Of a DNA stretch of 64,000 nt, positions 21,820-33,179 are shown piece after piece; position 1 is the stretch's first letter; each line of letters opens with the position of its first letter. The notes beneath the pieces were generated by a model. The model had not been told where the DNA came from. It saw only the letters and a list, made by a program, of their open reading frames with translations, and did no database searches. A program made the position numbers and the translations under genes. This DNA comes from an uncultured delta proteobacterium. GTDB lineage: Bacteria > Desulfobacterota > RBG-13-43-22. The stretch covers positions 1,472,001-1,536,000 of the forward strand of contig CAWBOS010000012.1 of the NCBI GenBank assembly GCA_963790475.1, read 5' to 3'.

Positions 21820-22599
21820 ATGGAAATCAAAAATAAAGTTGTGGTGGTCACCGGCGGTGCTGAAGGAATAGGCGCGGCCTTGTGCCGGCGGTTTGCCCGA
21901 GAAGGGGCTAAAGGTATAGTCGTGGCTGATATCAATGAGACGAAAGCCAAAGCCGTAGCGGATGAAATACAGGGGGCGGCTTTCAAATGCGATGTCAGCA
22001 AAGAAGAAGAGGTGAAGGAGCTGGTCCGCTTTACGGAAAAGAAGTACGGACCAATAGATCTTTTTTGCTCGAATGCCGGCATTATTGCCATCGGCGGCGT
22101 AGAGTGTCCCAATGATCAATGGCAGCGGATTTGGGAGGTCAATGTCATGTCCCATGTGTATGTGGGACGGGCGATTATTCCCGGAATGATCCGGCGGGGC
22201 GGTGGTGCGCTGATGATCACCTCTTCGGCCGCGGGGCTCCTCAGTCAGATCGGTTCGGCGCCTTATTCGGTTACCAAGCATGCGGCTGTGGGGCTGGCCG
22301 AAAATATCGCCATCACCTACGGCGATCAGGGGATCAAGGTATTCGCTCTCTGTCCCCAGGCCGTGCGCACGGCCATGGCCGGTCCGGATGGCGGCGTAGC
22401 GGCGGTTGACGGGCTGATGGAACCGGAGGAGCTGGCCGAGGCGGTTATCGAGGGTTTGAATAAAGAAGAGTTTCTGATTCTGCCTCACCCCGATGTAAAA
22501 ACTTACCTGCAGAGAAAAACAAGCGATTATGATCGCTGGCTTCAAGGCATGCGGCGACTTCAGGCCCGGTTCATGGCCGGAGGGCCTCTCAAGAAATAG
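21820..22599 (+). CDS. SDR-family oxidoreductase
   Basis: [17 protein letters not shown] motifs. Confidence 0.93.
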   Translation: MEIKNKVVVVTGGAEGIGAALCRRFAREGAKGIVVADINETKAKAVADEIQGAAFKCDVSKEEEVKELVRFTEKKYGPIDLFCSNAGIIAIGGVECPNDQWQRIWEVNVMSHVYVGRAIIPGMIRRGGGALMITSSAAGLLSQIGSAPYSVTKHAAVGLAENIAITYGDQGIKVFALCPQAVRTAMAGPDGGVAAVDGLMEPEELAEAVIEGLNKEEFLILPHPDVKTYLQRKTSDYDRWLQGMRRLQARFMAGGPLKK

Positions 22600-22727
22600 G
22601 ATTTTGCCGCCCAGAGAGATGTTGTTGAATTAGTCAATCTGGAATTTTATGGTCCGAATGGACCCCGGAAGCATCGAACCGGTAGGACAGACGAACAACA
22701 ATTCTGCGAGAGGAAATAATAACGCCA

Positions 22728-23303
22728 ATGTTTGACAGGGTAACCAACATTATATCGATGATGTCAAAAACCCGGTTTAATTACTGGGCTGAATTTGCTA
22801 TCGATATCCCCTTGGGCGCGGTGATGATTTTTGCCGGTCTGCGTCATGGCGGACACAATCCCATCACGGTTCTTCTAACCATCCTCCTTGGCCTGTTTCT
22901 TTTCACTATTATCGAATACTCCTCTCACCGCTGGCTGTTTCACGGATCGGTGCCGATCATAGTGCAGGGTCACCGCGCGCATCATGAGAACCCGCTGGGT
23001 TACGATGCCCTGCCTTTCTTTTTACCGGCCCTCGTACTGCTGGGGTTGTCAGGACTATTTTGTTTGTTTATGTCCGCGAGCTATTCATTCCTGCTGACCG
23101 GAACCATAGCTTTAAGCTACACTACCTATGGACTGAGCCATTTCACCATTCACCACCATCGTTTTCACTGGGTGCCGGCCCGAAACTGGGCGGCCAATCA
23201 TCATATCCATCACTACCACTCCGACACCAACTTCGGTGTTACCACACCGCTATGGGATATATTGATCGGAACACGCTATGTTTACGATCACAAAAAAAAT
23301 TAG
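22728..23303 (+). CDS. Sterol desaturase/fatty acid hydroxylase family protein
   Basis: HRWLFH, HRAHH, HFTIHH, HHIHH His boxes; NFGVTTPLWD. Confidence 0.88.
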   Translation: MFDRVTNIISMMSKTRFNYWAEFAIDIPLGAVMIFAGLRHGGHNPITVLLTILLGLFLFTIIEYSSHRWLFHGSVPIIVQGHRAHHENPLGYDALPFFLPALVLLGLSGLFCLFMSASYSFLLTGTIALSYTTYGLSHFTIHHHRFHWVPARNWAANHHIHHYHSDTNFGVTTPLWDILIGTRYVYDHKKN

Positions 23304-23544
23304 GGTCTTTCGATTTCGCCACCCCTTTGCCCTTTGCCTGGCCTTTTCTCCCCCATTTGCTCCCTAAATAAAGCTCAAAGTTCTCTTCAATTACTTGGTC
23401 ATGGATGGTGCGCCTGGCGTCTGCCGTGGATAGATGGGTACAACCGGTTGTATTACCATAGGTTGCTGTGTCTCTTCATTTTGCTGGTCATGGATGGTAG
23501 TAAGCCTCTCTACCTTGCCGGTGCTGTGGATATGCAGATAGACC

Positions 23545-24336
23545 TTATTCGGACTTTAAAGACTCTCCTTTGAGGTGTCGCGACCGGAGTTTGCGCATAC
23601 CAAGGAGCCACCGGTCGTAGTCGGAGGTCTTTCTTTCCAAATAGGTCTTTACCTCAGGATGGGGCAGGATCAGAAATCTCTCATCAGCCAAAGCCTCAAT
23701 CACCGAATCGGCGACCGTCTCCGGTTCTAATCGGCCGTCGACCGCCGCTACACTGACCTCTTCCCGAGTCATCCCGGTGCGAACTGCCTGTGGACAGACC
23801 ACTGAAACTTTAATCCCCTGATCGCCATACATGATGGCGATATTTTCCGCCAAACCCACGGCCGCGTGTTTGGTTGTCGCATAAGATGAAGATCCGGTCG
23901 TATTCAGCAAGCCTCCGGCAGAGGCAACATTAAGGAGAAAGCCGCCCCCACGTTCAATCATTCGGGGAATAACCGCCCTGGCTGCGTATACATGGGCCAT
24001 TACATGGACTTCCCACATCTTTTGCCAGATTTCATTGGAAAGCTCAAGGCCTCCTCTAACCGATATTCCGGCATTCGAGCAGAACAGATCAACAGGACCG
24101 TATTTTTCTTCGGTCCGCTCGACCACGTTTATAATATCATCTTCATGGCTGACATCACATTTCAGCCCCAATCCCTTGATTTCATCGGCCACGGCCAGGG
24201 CGCCGTTTTCGTTAATGTCAGCCACTGTGATGCCTCTTGCGCCTTCCCGGGCGAACCGTCGGCAAAAAGCCCTGCCGATGCCGCTGGCCCCGCCCGTGAC
24301 CACAACCACTTTATCAGTAACTTTCATCTTATTCAA
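23545..24336 (-). CDS. SDR-family oxidoreductase (paralog of 21820-22599)
   Basis: TGGASGIG, SNAG, YATTK motifs. Confidence 0.93.
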   Translation of the reverse strand: MNKMKVTDKVVVVTGGASGIGRAFCRRFAREGARGITVADINENGALAVADEIKGLGLKCDVSHEDDIINVVERTEEKYGPVDLFCSNAGISVRGGLELSNEIWQKMWEVHVMAHVYAARAVIPRMIERGGGFLLNVASAGGLLNTTGSSSYATTKHAAVGLAENIAIMYGDQGIKVSVVCPQAVRTGMTREEVSVAAVDGRLEPETVADSVIEALADERFLILPHPEVKTYLERKTSDYDRWLLGMRKLRSRHLKGESLKSE

Positions 24337-24584
24337 ACCTCCCGGTTCTGATTTAAACCCCCTTGGTGTCTTGTACCATTGAATAATAGAAATTAAAATA
24401 CCAATTTCCCTCCCGTCCCCATCTCCTTTTTTCCCCTTGACCCGGCCTTTTTCTAAGATTAAAGTCTTCTCGTCAAAAGAAAATCCCGGGGATGTAATGA
24501 GAGAATATGAAGATCGGTTTAAAAGGAACAGGCAGACTGCCGATGTCTAGTCCGCAGGCAATCCATTCATGATCGATTGTAACA

Positions 24585-24652
24585 ATCCCCCTCATTCCCC
24601 CTTTCCAAAGGGGGACTTTCCCTTTGAAGAAAAGAGGGCGGGAGGGATTTTT
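24585..24652. repeat. Palindromic intergenic repeat (CCCCTTT..AAAGGGG type)
   Basis: aatccccc..ccccctttccaaaggggg..gggagggattt. Confidence 0.5.
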
Positions 24653-24738
24653 GATGGTTTTTCAAATGGCCAAATTGATACGATGATTTTATTTCGACTT
24701 CGAGGTGTATTTATTGGAAGTTTTCATAAGGATTTAAT

Positions 24739-25872
24739 TTGGAATATCAGCTTTACGCAACCTGCCCCGACGAGATAACGGGCCTTTTGGCCAAGGAAAT
24801 CGCTTCTCTTGGCGGAACCAAAATTCGGATCGACTATCGGGTGGTGTATTTCAGCGCATCGAAGGAAGTCGCCTACAGGGCCCACCTGCACCTGCGGCTG
24901 GCGAATCGAATTTGCCGGGTTGTAAAGGAAATTCCGGCACAATCTCCAACCATCATCTTCGACAAAGCGAGGAAGATTCGATTTCATGAGCTCTTTTCCG
25001 ACCAGGAGGCGATCAGCATCAGGGTGGTCGCCTCCAACGAGGGAAGCAAGATCCCGAATCATTTGATCGGCAGTAAACTGCGCGAAGCTATCAATGATTG
25101 CTTTCAGCATCACCTGAATATCACCCCCAATCAAAGCTCTCGGGGCGCCGCCATCGGGGTCACCGGTTACTTCCATGACAAACGTCTGCTGGTCAGTGTC
25201 GATACCACCTTTGAGGGTCTTCACCGCCGGGGATTTCGCGTTGAAGGCCATCCGGCCCCTTTGAACGAAACGCTGGCCGCGGCTCTGCTGGCGGTCTGCG
25301 AATACGACGGGACCACGAGCTTTTTCGATCCCATGTGCGGGAGCGGAACGATCGTGGTCGAGGCCGCTCAGATGGCCATCCATCGGGCTCCGCAGATCCA
25401 CCGAAAAAAAGGCGGGTTTGGCCTTGAACATCTTTATGGTTTTGATGCCAGTCTCTGGCAGACCGTTCAGGCTCAGGCCCGCGCAGCTGAGAGGCCGGCG
25501 AAAGCGGGAATCTTTGGTTCTGATATCGAGCCTCAATTTGTCGAGATTGCCAAAAAATCCGTTGCCAAGGCCCAGTTGGAAACGGTTGTTCATCTGGAGA
25601 CCAAAGATTTCTTTAGAACGGAGAAACCGGCTGAGGGCGGGCTCCTGATCGCCAATATCCCTTATGGCCTCAGAATGACGGATAGAGACGTCAACCCGGA
25701 GTTTTTGCGAGCCATCGGCGACCACCTCAAAAATCACTTCAAAGGGTGGCGCTGTGGGATTCTCGCTCCCGTTTCATCGCCTCTTAAGGAAATCGGACTG
25801 AAGCCTGATAAGCAGGCCTCGTTTTTGAATGGTACCGTTCCCGTCAGACTCGTTGTCTTTGATATCTATTGA
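24739..25872 (+). CDS. THUMP-domain RNA methyltransferase (RlmL-like)
   Basis: LHRRGFR, APLNETLAAA, DPMCGSGT, NIPYG motifs. Confidence 0.9.
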   Translation: MEYQLYATCPDEITGLLAKEIASLGGTKIRIDYRVVYFSASKEVAYRAHLHLRLANRICRVVKEIPAQSPTIIFDKARKIRFHELFSDQEAISIRVVASNEGSKIPNHLIGSKLREAINDCFQHHLNITPNQSSRGAAIGVTGYFHDKRLLVSVDTTFEGLHRRGFRVEGHPAPLNETLAAALLAVCEYDGTTSFFDPMCGSGTIVVEAAQMAIHRAPQIHRKKGGFGLEHLYGFDASLWQTVQAQARAAERPAKAGIFGSDIEPQFVEIAKKSVAKAQLETVVHLETKDFFRTEKPAEGGLLIANIPYGLRMTDRDVNPEFLRAIGDHLKNHFKGWRCGILAPVSSPLKEIGLKPDKQASFLNGTVPVRLVVFDIY

Positions 25873-26188
25873 TCCCGGCATTCCCGCACCTTCTTTCCGG
25901 GATAGGGTTAAGGGGAAAATACTATCCCTTGAACAAAAATATACAGGAGACCCGTTATTTCTTTCGGGTCGGCTCCGGGAAATAATAAACGCATTAACAA
26001 TGATACCAAGATCCTATTTCTTTGCCGTAAGGTTCTGCAGAGGTCCGCAGCTCAGTTGTTCCCCTAAAAGGTTGGCCTGAAACAGATCCTTCGGGAATTT
26101 TATTAACATCGTCGAAAAATTCCAAAACCTTTTACCTCGGCGAAAGCGGCAACAGGTAGATTAACCTTTTTTAAAAGGAGAATCGAAA

Positions 26189-26893
26189 ATGGTCAATTCC
26201 TGGATCACCTCTTTTTATCACCTCTTAGGTCAGCTTGGATACACCCATCCTGTCCATCCCGCCCTGGTTCATATGCCCATCGGTCTGGTGACCGGGGCCT
26301 TTATCCTCAGATTGGGGGCCATTTTTTTCAACAAGGAAAACCTGATCCGTTCGGCCCGTCACTGCTTTGTCCTTGGCTTCCTTTTTTGGTTTCCGGTAGT
26401 CCTCTTAGGCTTTATGGATTGGCAACATTTTTATGGAGGGGTCTGGCTGACCCCCATCAAGATAAAGATGGTTTTGGCCTTGGTCTTACTGGTTCTTTTT
26501 CTGCTGGTTTTAATTTTAAATTTTCGGAAGGAGAGAAATTCGAAACTGACTTTGGCCCTGTATTCCCTTGGCCTGCTTACCGCGGTCCTTCTGGGTTTTT
26601 TCGGCGCTCAATTGGTATACGGAGGAAAATCACTCCAGTCGTCAACGTATCAACCCGGAGAAAAATTATTCGCCGCCAACTGCATTGCCTGTCATCCCGG
26701 AGGAAGGAATATCCTGAAACCTGACCATCCGATCATCAATTCGCCCAAATTGAAGGATCTCGATACGTTTGTGTCCTGGATCCGTCATCCCATTGCCCCC
26801 ATGCCGACCTTTTCCAATTCCGAAATTTCCGATAACCAGGCCAAGGCCCTCTACGCCTATATCACCAAGGTGCTGGTCAGTTCAGGAGAATAA
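26189..26893 (+). CDS. DUF2231 membrane domain fused to a c-type cytochrome
   Basis: HPVHPALVHMPIG, TM helices, CIACH and a distal MP. Confidence 0.85.
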   Translation: MVNSWITSFYHLLGQLGYTHPVHPALVHMPIGLVTGAFILRLGAIFFNKENLIRSARHCFVLGFLFWFPVVLLGFMDWQHFYGGVWLTPIKIKMVLALVLLVLFLLVLILNFRKERNSKLTLALYSLGLLTAVLLGFFGAQLVYGGKSLQSSTYQPGEKLFAANCIACHPGGRNILKPDHPIINSPKLKDLDTFVSWIRHPIAPMPTFSNSEISDNQAKALYAYITKVLVSSGE

Positions 26894-26912
26894 AACCGAG
26901 GCTCTCTTTTTT

Positions 26913-28319
26913 ATGCGACGTTACCTTATTTTTGCTTCCGCCGGTTTAAGTCTCCTCATGTATTCCATCGACAGTACAGTGGTCGCGGTGGCTTTTCCCA
27001 ATTTGATCAAAGACCTGAACACTAACGTACTCTGGGCGGCCTGGACCATTTCCATCTATCTGATAGCAGTTACCAGCTCCATGCCCTTAATGGGCAACCT
27101 GAGTGACAGCTTTGGCCGAAAAAAGGTCTTTCTTATTTCTCTGATTCTTTTTACGGGAAGTTCTCTGGCCTGCGGTCTCGCTTCCAATATTCAAAGCCTG
27201 GTGGCCTTCAGGTTCCTTCAGGGGATCGGGGGAGCCAGTTTTCTTCCGACGGCGGCAGGCATTGTCAGTGATCAATTTCCGGAAAATCGGCAGAGGGCCA
27301 TCGGGCTTTTTACCAGTATTTTTCCCATTGGGGGGATTGTAGGGCCGAATTTAGGGGGCTGGATAGTGAGCCGATATTCCTGGAGGTATATTTTTTATAT
27401 CAATTTACCCCTTGGCATAGTTCTCATAGTGATGATCGCGGTTCTGCTTGAAAAATCTAAAGGTTCTTTTCGTCCCCATGTAGACTTTAAAGGGGCTTTG
27501 CTTTTTTTGGGGGCGATCCTGTCCCTCATGCTGGGTTTCAATCGAATTGCCCAGAATTTCTCCACATCCTCCATTTTCCTGACCGTGATTTTTATAACTT
27601 GTTTTTGTTTTTTTATTTACCTATTTTTTCGTCAGGAAAAAAAAGAGTCCAACCCGATCCTCAATATGGATTTGTTGAAATCAAAGCCTTTTCTGGCTGC
27701 AAACCTCTACAACTTACTAATCGGGGCCGGGGTCATGGGAATTTTTGCTGTTATTCCCCTCTATGCCACCTCGGTGTACAAGTTATCCATTTTGCTCAGC
27801 GGGATGATATTGACCCCTCGCTCTCTGGCGGTCATTCCCGTTTCAGCGATCACCAGCTTTTTGCTCAAACGATGGGGGTACCGATGGCCCATGCTGTCCG
27901 GGTTGATCATCATCTCTTTTTCCACGATTCTGCTGGGTGGACCGGGAATTCAACTGATGCCGATGATGGGGATTCACCTGGGAATTGCCGGAACCCTGGC
28001 TCTTCTGATCATGGTCAGCGGAATAGGCATGGGAATCGCCCTCCCCGCTTCCAATAATGCCTGCATTGAATTAATGCCCGACCATGTGGCGACTATTACC
28101 GGGCTTCGAGGGATGTTCCGGTCTGTCGGAGGAGCCTTGGGAATTTCCTTAATCACCATTATCCTCCATTTGAGCTCCACTCCGGCCCAGGGCTTCAGGG
28201 TTACCTTTATCGGCTTTGGTCTCGGACTTCTATTTTCGATCCCCCTCATTTTTCTCATGCCGGATGGAAGGTATGTCCCTCAGGATTCGGAAAAGCACCT
28301 CACCGAACACCACCAATAA
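26913..28319 (+). CDS. MFS transporter (DHA2/EmrB-like)
   Basis: GNLSDSFGRKK, RFLQGIG, WRYIFYINLPLG motifs. Confidence 0.92.
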   Translation: MRRYLIFASAGLSLLMYSIDSTVVAVAFPNLIKDLNTNVLWAAWTISIYLIAVTSSMPLMGNLSDSFGRKKVFLISLILFTGSSLACGLASNIQSLVAFRFLQGIGGASFLPTAAGIVSDQFPENRQRAIGLFTSIFPIGGIVGPNLGGWIVSRYSWRYIFYINLPLGIVLIVMIAVLLEKSKGSFRPHVDFKGALLFLGAILSLMLGFNRIAQNFSTSSIFLTVIFITCFCFFIYLFFRQEKKESNPILNMDLLKSKPFLAANLYNLLIGAGVMGIFAVIPLYATSVYKLSILLSGMILTPRSLAVIPVSAITSFLLKRWGYRWPMLSGLIIISFSTILLGGPGIQLMPMMGIHLGIAGTLALLIMVSGIGMGIALPASNNACIELMPDHVATITGLRGMFRSVGGALGISLITIILHLSSTPAQGFRVTFIGFGLGLLFSIPLIFLMPDGRYVPQDSEKHLTEHHQ

Positions 28320-28574
28320 GTGGCTTCTTCAATGGCGCCCAAGGTAGAAAGATGATTATTAAGACCCTGAAGCCTGGGGATTGACAGGGGAGGCCCTGTA
28401 ATCCTGGTCCGTTTTATCATATTAGGGAGATCGTTGATCCTGGGGCCGTATAGGGGGACGGGGGAGTGTTTGAGAAGGAAGTTACACCAACAACTCTTGT
28501 TTGGGAGCTGGACTAAAAATTGAGAATTACCATTCGAAATGTGCGAAACAAAGGCAGGGCCATTTCTGATCAGG

Positions 28575-28690
28575 CCATTGTTTGTCTTCTCCACAACATC
28601 GCCAGCGCCTCCTGCGCCTTGGCCAGCCAATAATCCATGCCTATCTTGCGGAACATGGTCTCGGCCTTTTTAAGATTTTCCGAAGCATCT
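28575..28690 (-). pseudogene. C-terminal fragment of a TPR-containing (cyclase/AAA-type) protein
   Basis: Minus strand reads ENLKKAETMFRKIGMDYWLAKAQEALAML. Confidence 0.45.
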
Positions 28691-29414
28691 TTTTTTTATA
28701 AGATGTTAAGTGGTGGTTTTCATAAGAATCTCCAAGGGGGTGTGACGTTTAGATAACCCCGTCAGTCTCAAAGAAGATCCCTTCCGAGTGGTTCTTTTTG
28801 GTCATCCGGCTGAGCCAGGAAGGATAATCTAAAGGGTCCAACAGCAGGGTCACCCCGATCTTTGACAGATAAGCCACCACCATTTGCTCCAGATCCATTT
28901 GTTCCTGACTGGCATTTGGGATTTGAGCCTTGAAGGTGAAACCATGACTGATATCTGATGGATAGCCTGTTTAATCTCTTCATTACTTGGTCTAGGGTTA
29001 TTGCCCAATTCACTTTTCAATAGATCAATAAAAGTTCTTTTATTTCCCATTCAAGATTTTTTATCTCACTTTCAATTCCTTCATTCTCTATCTGTCTGAT
29101 TATTTCTGCAGATTCTGATATAATATTTTTCATAAAGTATCCATTTCAATAGCCTTCAATCTGCATATTATCATTTTCTTTATCCTACCAAATATTAGGA
29201 GAACTATTCAAATTATCCAACTTAATTCTTAGCACTGTTGTTTTTAATTTCTTCTATAGATTCAATTACTTTAAGAACATGCTTTTTAATGGAAAGAGTA
29301 TAAAACAAGAAAAAGACGGGACCAAGAAGAAAGAAACGGCTGAAAGTACAGGAAAGGAAACTAGAATCTGATGAGTCTATCTGAAGTTCGAGGGATTTGG
29401 GTTTGTCCTAATGA

Positions 29415-29818
29415 TGCTGATCTCCAGGATAAGTTCAGGGGGAACCTGTTTACTGCTTGGGCGGCATCCGGCATAAAGGTGGCGCGAACCTGATTTAGGC
29501 TCTGGTGTGGAACGTGGGAACCTGTCGTCCCGATGATAAGGGAGAAATTCAAGTGGAGGACCCTACAGGAATGAGAGTACCGATGCGGGGCACAGGGATG
29601 GACCAACTCGTAGTAGTGTTGAAATCTCTGTAATGGGGATGGAGGGAAGGGGTTGGATCATCTGTCCTTGCCTTTTGGTCAACCAACGATGGGAGGAACC
29701 AAGAGGTAAGGAAAGGTCGCCATAAAAGGCAACTGGATGATAGGAGCCGGATGACGGGGAGACTGTCACGTCCGGTTCTGTGAGGGCCTGGGGGTGAAAT
29801 TCCCCCGGGCTACTCGAC
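29415..29818 (+). mobile_element. Group II intron remnant (class D/RmInt1-like), 5'-truncated, no RT ORF
   Basis: Domain V gagccggatgacgggagactgtcacgtccggttc, domain VI ending ctactcgac, domain I motifs aagggagaa..gagagtaccgatgc. Confidence 0.85.
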
Positions 29819-29947
29819 TCAATAAAATAGATTTCCCGAAATTTATGTGATATTTTCCGAATTGACAAAGATTATAAAAGGGTTATACTTGACTAAAAAA
29901 GTTTGCTTTTAGTCTGCCGTTCTGGTTTCTGGGCTTCATCTGCCTGA

Positions 29948-32884
29948 ATGAGATCAAACATGAAGATCGTATCCCTTCGCCTTTTCAACCAAATAGGTTT
30001 GTTTTTGCTTGCTCTTATCCTCGGCATGGGTTTGGTGGCGACACCATGTTTATCTGGTCCAATTCCCTCCATGGTCAGGCTGCCCGGCCATATCCCGGGA
30101 AAAGCTATAGCGAACGCCAAATGGATAGAGCGGCTGAATCCAAAAACCGAAATTCCTATTACTTTTTCTTTACCGCTGCGCAACCAGCAAGAGTTGGACG
30201 ACCTGCTTATCCATATCTACGGTCCAACTGATCCGCTTTATTCGCACTATTTAACCTCCCAGGAGTTTACCGACAGATTTGGACCTACACAAGGCGATTA
30301 TGATGCTGTCGCTGCCTATGCGACAAGCCTGGGACTTAAGATAACCGGAACTCATCAAAACCGCACCCTTTTGAACGTATCGGGCACAGCGGCAGTAATT
30401 GAATCTGCCTTTGGTTTGCATCTTCATAATTATCAGGCGCCGGATAACCGAAAATTTTATGCTCCTGACAATGACCCTCAAGTTTCCAATTCGATTGCTT
30501 CCCTTATTGTAGGGGTGATTGGTCTGGACAATGCAGCCGTCTGGCACGCCCATAGCCGTTTTGTTTCTGCGGAGGGATTTTCGCAAATATCGCCGTATCA
30601 AATAGGAACAGGTCCCGGTGGCGGTTTGACTCCCAGCGACATCCAAAAAGCTTACAACCTAACTGGCGTATTGGCCAATGGGTCCGGCCAAACACTTGGT
30701 TTATTCGAACTCGACGGGTATAACACCTCTGATGTGAACCAGTACGTGAGCTATTATAAGTTGCCATCGATACCGCTCCAAACCGTCTTGGTTGATGGGT
30801 TTTCCGGTAACGCCGGGAGCGGGGCGTCCGAAGTGACGCTTGATATTGAGCTACAGATCGCGCTGGCGTCGGGTGTGAACAAGATCATCGTTTACGAAAG
30901 CGCGAACTCGAATACGGGGGTAGTTGACACTTATAACAGAATCGCCACGGATAATCTGGCCAAACAGATCAGCACGTCCTGGGGACTTAGCGAAGGGCAA
31001 AGCAGCTTGACGGTTATTAACAGCGAGAATGCCATCTTCCAGCAGATGGCGGCGCAAGGGCAGTCGATCTATGCGGCATCGGGTGACAGCGGCGCCTATG
31101 ACGATGGTTCCACTCTCAGCGTCGATGATCCTGCCTCTCAGCCTTATATGGTTGGAGTGGGAGGAACCCAGCTTTTTGTCAACTCTGATGGTTCATACAA
31201 TCGTGAAACAACCTGGAACGTCAACAACACGGTAAACGGAGGGGTCGGTGGCGGCGGTGTCAGTTTGTTATGGAGCGTTCCCACCTGGCAGCAGGGAGTT
31301 GTATCCGCAGCGTCAGCCACCATGCGGAACGTACCGGACATTTCACTCAACGCCGACCAATATACCGGCTATTCGATTTATTATAACGGCGGCTGGTGGA
31401 TTTTTGGCGGCACGAGCTGTGCTTCTCCCGTCTGGGCGGCTTTCACCGCGAGCGTCAATCAGGTGCGCGCTGCCAATGGGTTGCCGACGTTGGGATTTGC
31501 CAATCCTTTAATTTACCAGATTGCGAAGGGCGCAAACTATGTGATGGATTTTCATGACATCGCAGACGGAAGCACGAACCTGTATTATCCGGCCGGAACG
31601 GGTTATGACAATGCAACCGGCTGGGGTTCTTTCAACGGGGCTAATCTGCTGGCCGACTTGGTAGGCCGCTCTCCCTCTCCGCCCAGTGCAACAACAAACT
31701 GGACCACATACTTGACCAGCAACTCCGCCCAATTGAACGGTGCGGTGAATCCCAATGGATTATCGGCCACCTTTTATTTTCAGTGGGGGACCACAACTGC
31801 TTATGGGAATGTGACGAGCACCCAATCAGCTGGCAGCGGCACGGGGGTCATTGCCGTATCGGCGAACCTAGCCGGCCTTACTGCCGGGGTTGTCTATCAT
31901 TGTCGCCTGGTGGTGACCAATAGTGCGGGAACCAATTACGGATTGGACGTAACTTTTATCCCCAGGGTGGCCGTAATAGTAAAGGGAGATTTTAACAGCG
32001 ACGGATCTGCTGATATTCTCTGGCGCCAGGCAACAACCGGGCAGGTCTACCTCTGGCTGATGAATGGAACAACTTCGTTTGAACAGGGGGCCGTGAGAAC
32101 GGTCGATCCGGTCTGGGCAATAAAGGGAACAGGGGATTTTAACGGCGATGGTACAGCTGATGTTCTCTGGCGCCATGCCCTGACTGGTCAGGTCTACCTC
32201 TGGCTGATGAATGGCGCAACCTCAATTGCCGAGGCTTCCCCGGCCACGGTCGGAGACTTGAACTGGCAGATTGTCGGGATAGGCGACTTCAATGGAGATG
32301 GCAAAGCCGATATCCTCTGGAGGCATAAGGCCAGCGGACAGGTCTACATCTGGCTGATGAACGGCACTACCATTGCTTCCCAGGGGTCTCCCGGGACAGT
32401 GAGCGATTTGAACTGGGAAATCAAAGGGGTGGGTGATTTCAATGGGGATGGCAAAGCGGATATTCTCTGGCAGCATGCCATCAGCGGGCAAGTTTATATC
32501 TGGCTAATGAACGGGACGACCACTGCTGCACAGGGTTCTCCGGCCACAATAAGCGACCTGAACTGGGAGATCAAGGGGGTGGGTGACTTTAACGGGAACG
32601 GCAAATCGGATATACTCTGGCGAAATAAGCTGAGCGGCCAGTTATATATCTGGCTGATGAACGGGACGACCACTGCTGCACAGGGTTCTCCGGCCACAAT
32701 AAGCGACCTGAACTGGGAGAGTAAAGGGGTGGGTGATTTCGATGGGGATGGCAAAGCGGATATTCTCTGGCGCCATGCCGTTACCGGTCAGGTCTATATC
32801 TGGCTGATGAACGGAACCACCATTGCTTCAGTAGGTTCACCTGGGACAGTCGGTGACAGTAACTGGACAATTGTAGCTCGATAG
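29948..32884 (+). CDS. Secreted sedolisin/kumamolisin (S53) protease with FN3-like domain and six FG-GAP/VCBS-like repeats
   Basis: Pro-kumamolisin domain, EVTLD, SGDSG, GGTSCASP; six GDFxxxGxxDI/VLW..WLMNG repeats. Confidence 0.92.
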   Translation: MRSNMKIVSLRLFNQIGLFLLALILGMGLVATPCLSGPIPSMVRLPGHIPGKAIANAKWIERLNPKTEIPITFSLPLRNQQELDDLLIHIYGPTDPLYSHYLTSQEFTDRFGPTQGDYDAVAAYATSLGLKITGTHQNRTLLNVSGTAAVIESAFGLHLHNYQAPDNRKFYAPDNDPQVSNSIASLIVGVIGLDNAAVWHAHSRFVSAEGFSQISPYQIGTGPGGGLTPSDIQKAYNLTGVLANGSGQTLGLFELDGYNTSDVNQYVSYYKLPSIPLQTVLVDGFSGNAGSGASEVTLDIELQIALASGVNKIIVYESANSNTGVVDTYNRIATDNLAKQISTSWGLSEGQSSLTVINSENAIFQQMAAQGQSIYAASGDSGAYDDGSTLSVDDPASQPYMVGVGGTQLFVNSDGSYNRETTWNVNNTVNGGVGGGGVSLLWSVPTWQQGVVSAASATMRNVPDISLNADQYTGYSIYYNGGWWIFGGTSCASPVWAAFTASVNQVRAANGLPTLGFANPLIYQIAKGANYVMDFHDIADGSTNLYYPAGTGYDNATGWGSFNGANLLADLVGRSPSPPSATTNWTTYLTSNSAQLNGAVNPNGLSATFYFQWGTTTAYGNVTSTQSAGSGTGVIAVSANLAGLTAGVVYHCRLVVTNSAGTNYGLDVTFIPRVAVIVKGDFNSDGSADILWRQATTGQVYLWLMNGTTSFEQGAVRTVDPVWAIKGTGDFNGDGTADVLWRHALTGQVYLWLMNGATSIAEASPATVGDLNWQIVGIGDFNGDGKADILWRHKASGQVYIWLMNGTTIASQGSPGTVSDLNWEIKGVGDFNGDGKADILWQHAISGQVYIWLMNGTTTAAQGSPATISDLNWEIKGVGDFNGNGKSDILWRNKLSGQLYIWLMNGTTTAAQGSPATISDLNWESKGVGDFDGDGKADILWRHAVTGQVYIWLMNGTTIASVGSPGTVGDSNWTIVAR

Positions 32885-32980
32885 TAAAACAAAACCCATA
32901 AAACTTTTAAATCGCAATCTTGAGCTGGTCCCCAAGTTCAAGTCCGGGGGTAATCCAACCATTTCTTCAACATTTCAATT

Positions 32981-33122
32981 TGAGCCCCCCCGAAATAATG
33001 GACACCTCTAAGAATTTGTATTATTTAGGAAGGAGGTGCCTATGGGGAAAAGCATCGATATTTTAGCCGTGAGTTCAAACGAGATGCCGTGCAGTTGGTC
33101 ACGGAGAAAGGGATGTCGGTTG
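32981..33122 (+). pseudogene. IS3-family left end and orfA fragment
   Basis: TG..ggacac terminus, AGGAGG RBS, FSREFKRDAVQLVTEKGMSV. Confidence 0.65.
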
Positions 33123-33179
33123 ACCCGAGTAATATGTTAAAAAGGATATTCTATAATATTCTATCCTACTTTAATTAAA

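Noticed and set aside
24724-25737. Long antisense ORFs (also 34131-35180, 21796-22545, 59601-60545, 61885-62664)
   Set aside because: Shadows of well-supported genes on the opposite strand, with no motifs
28768-29330. AT-rich short ORFs
   Set aside because: Fragmented with no assignable motifs; treated as island debris
31980-32880. ~153-nt tandem repeats as a CRISPR-like array
   Set aside because: They are in-frame FG-GAP protein repeats with no unique spacers; no cas genes seen
32920-32962. tRNA-3'-like fragment (gttcaagtcc..acca) as an att site
   Set aside because: Wrong orientation and poor match to the tRNA-Lys 3' end
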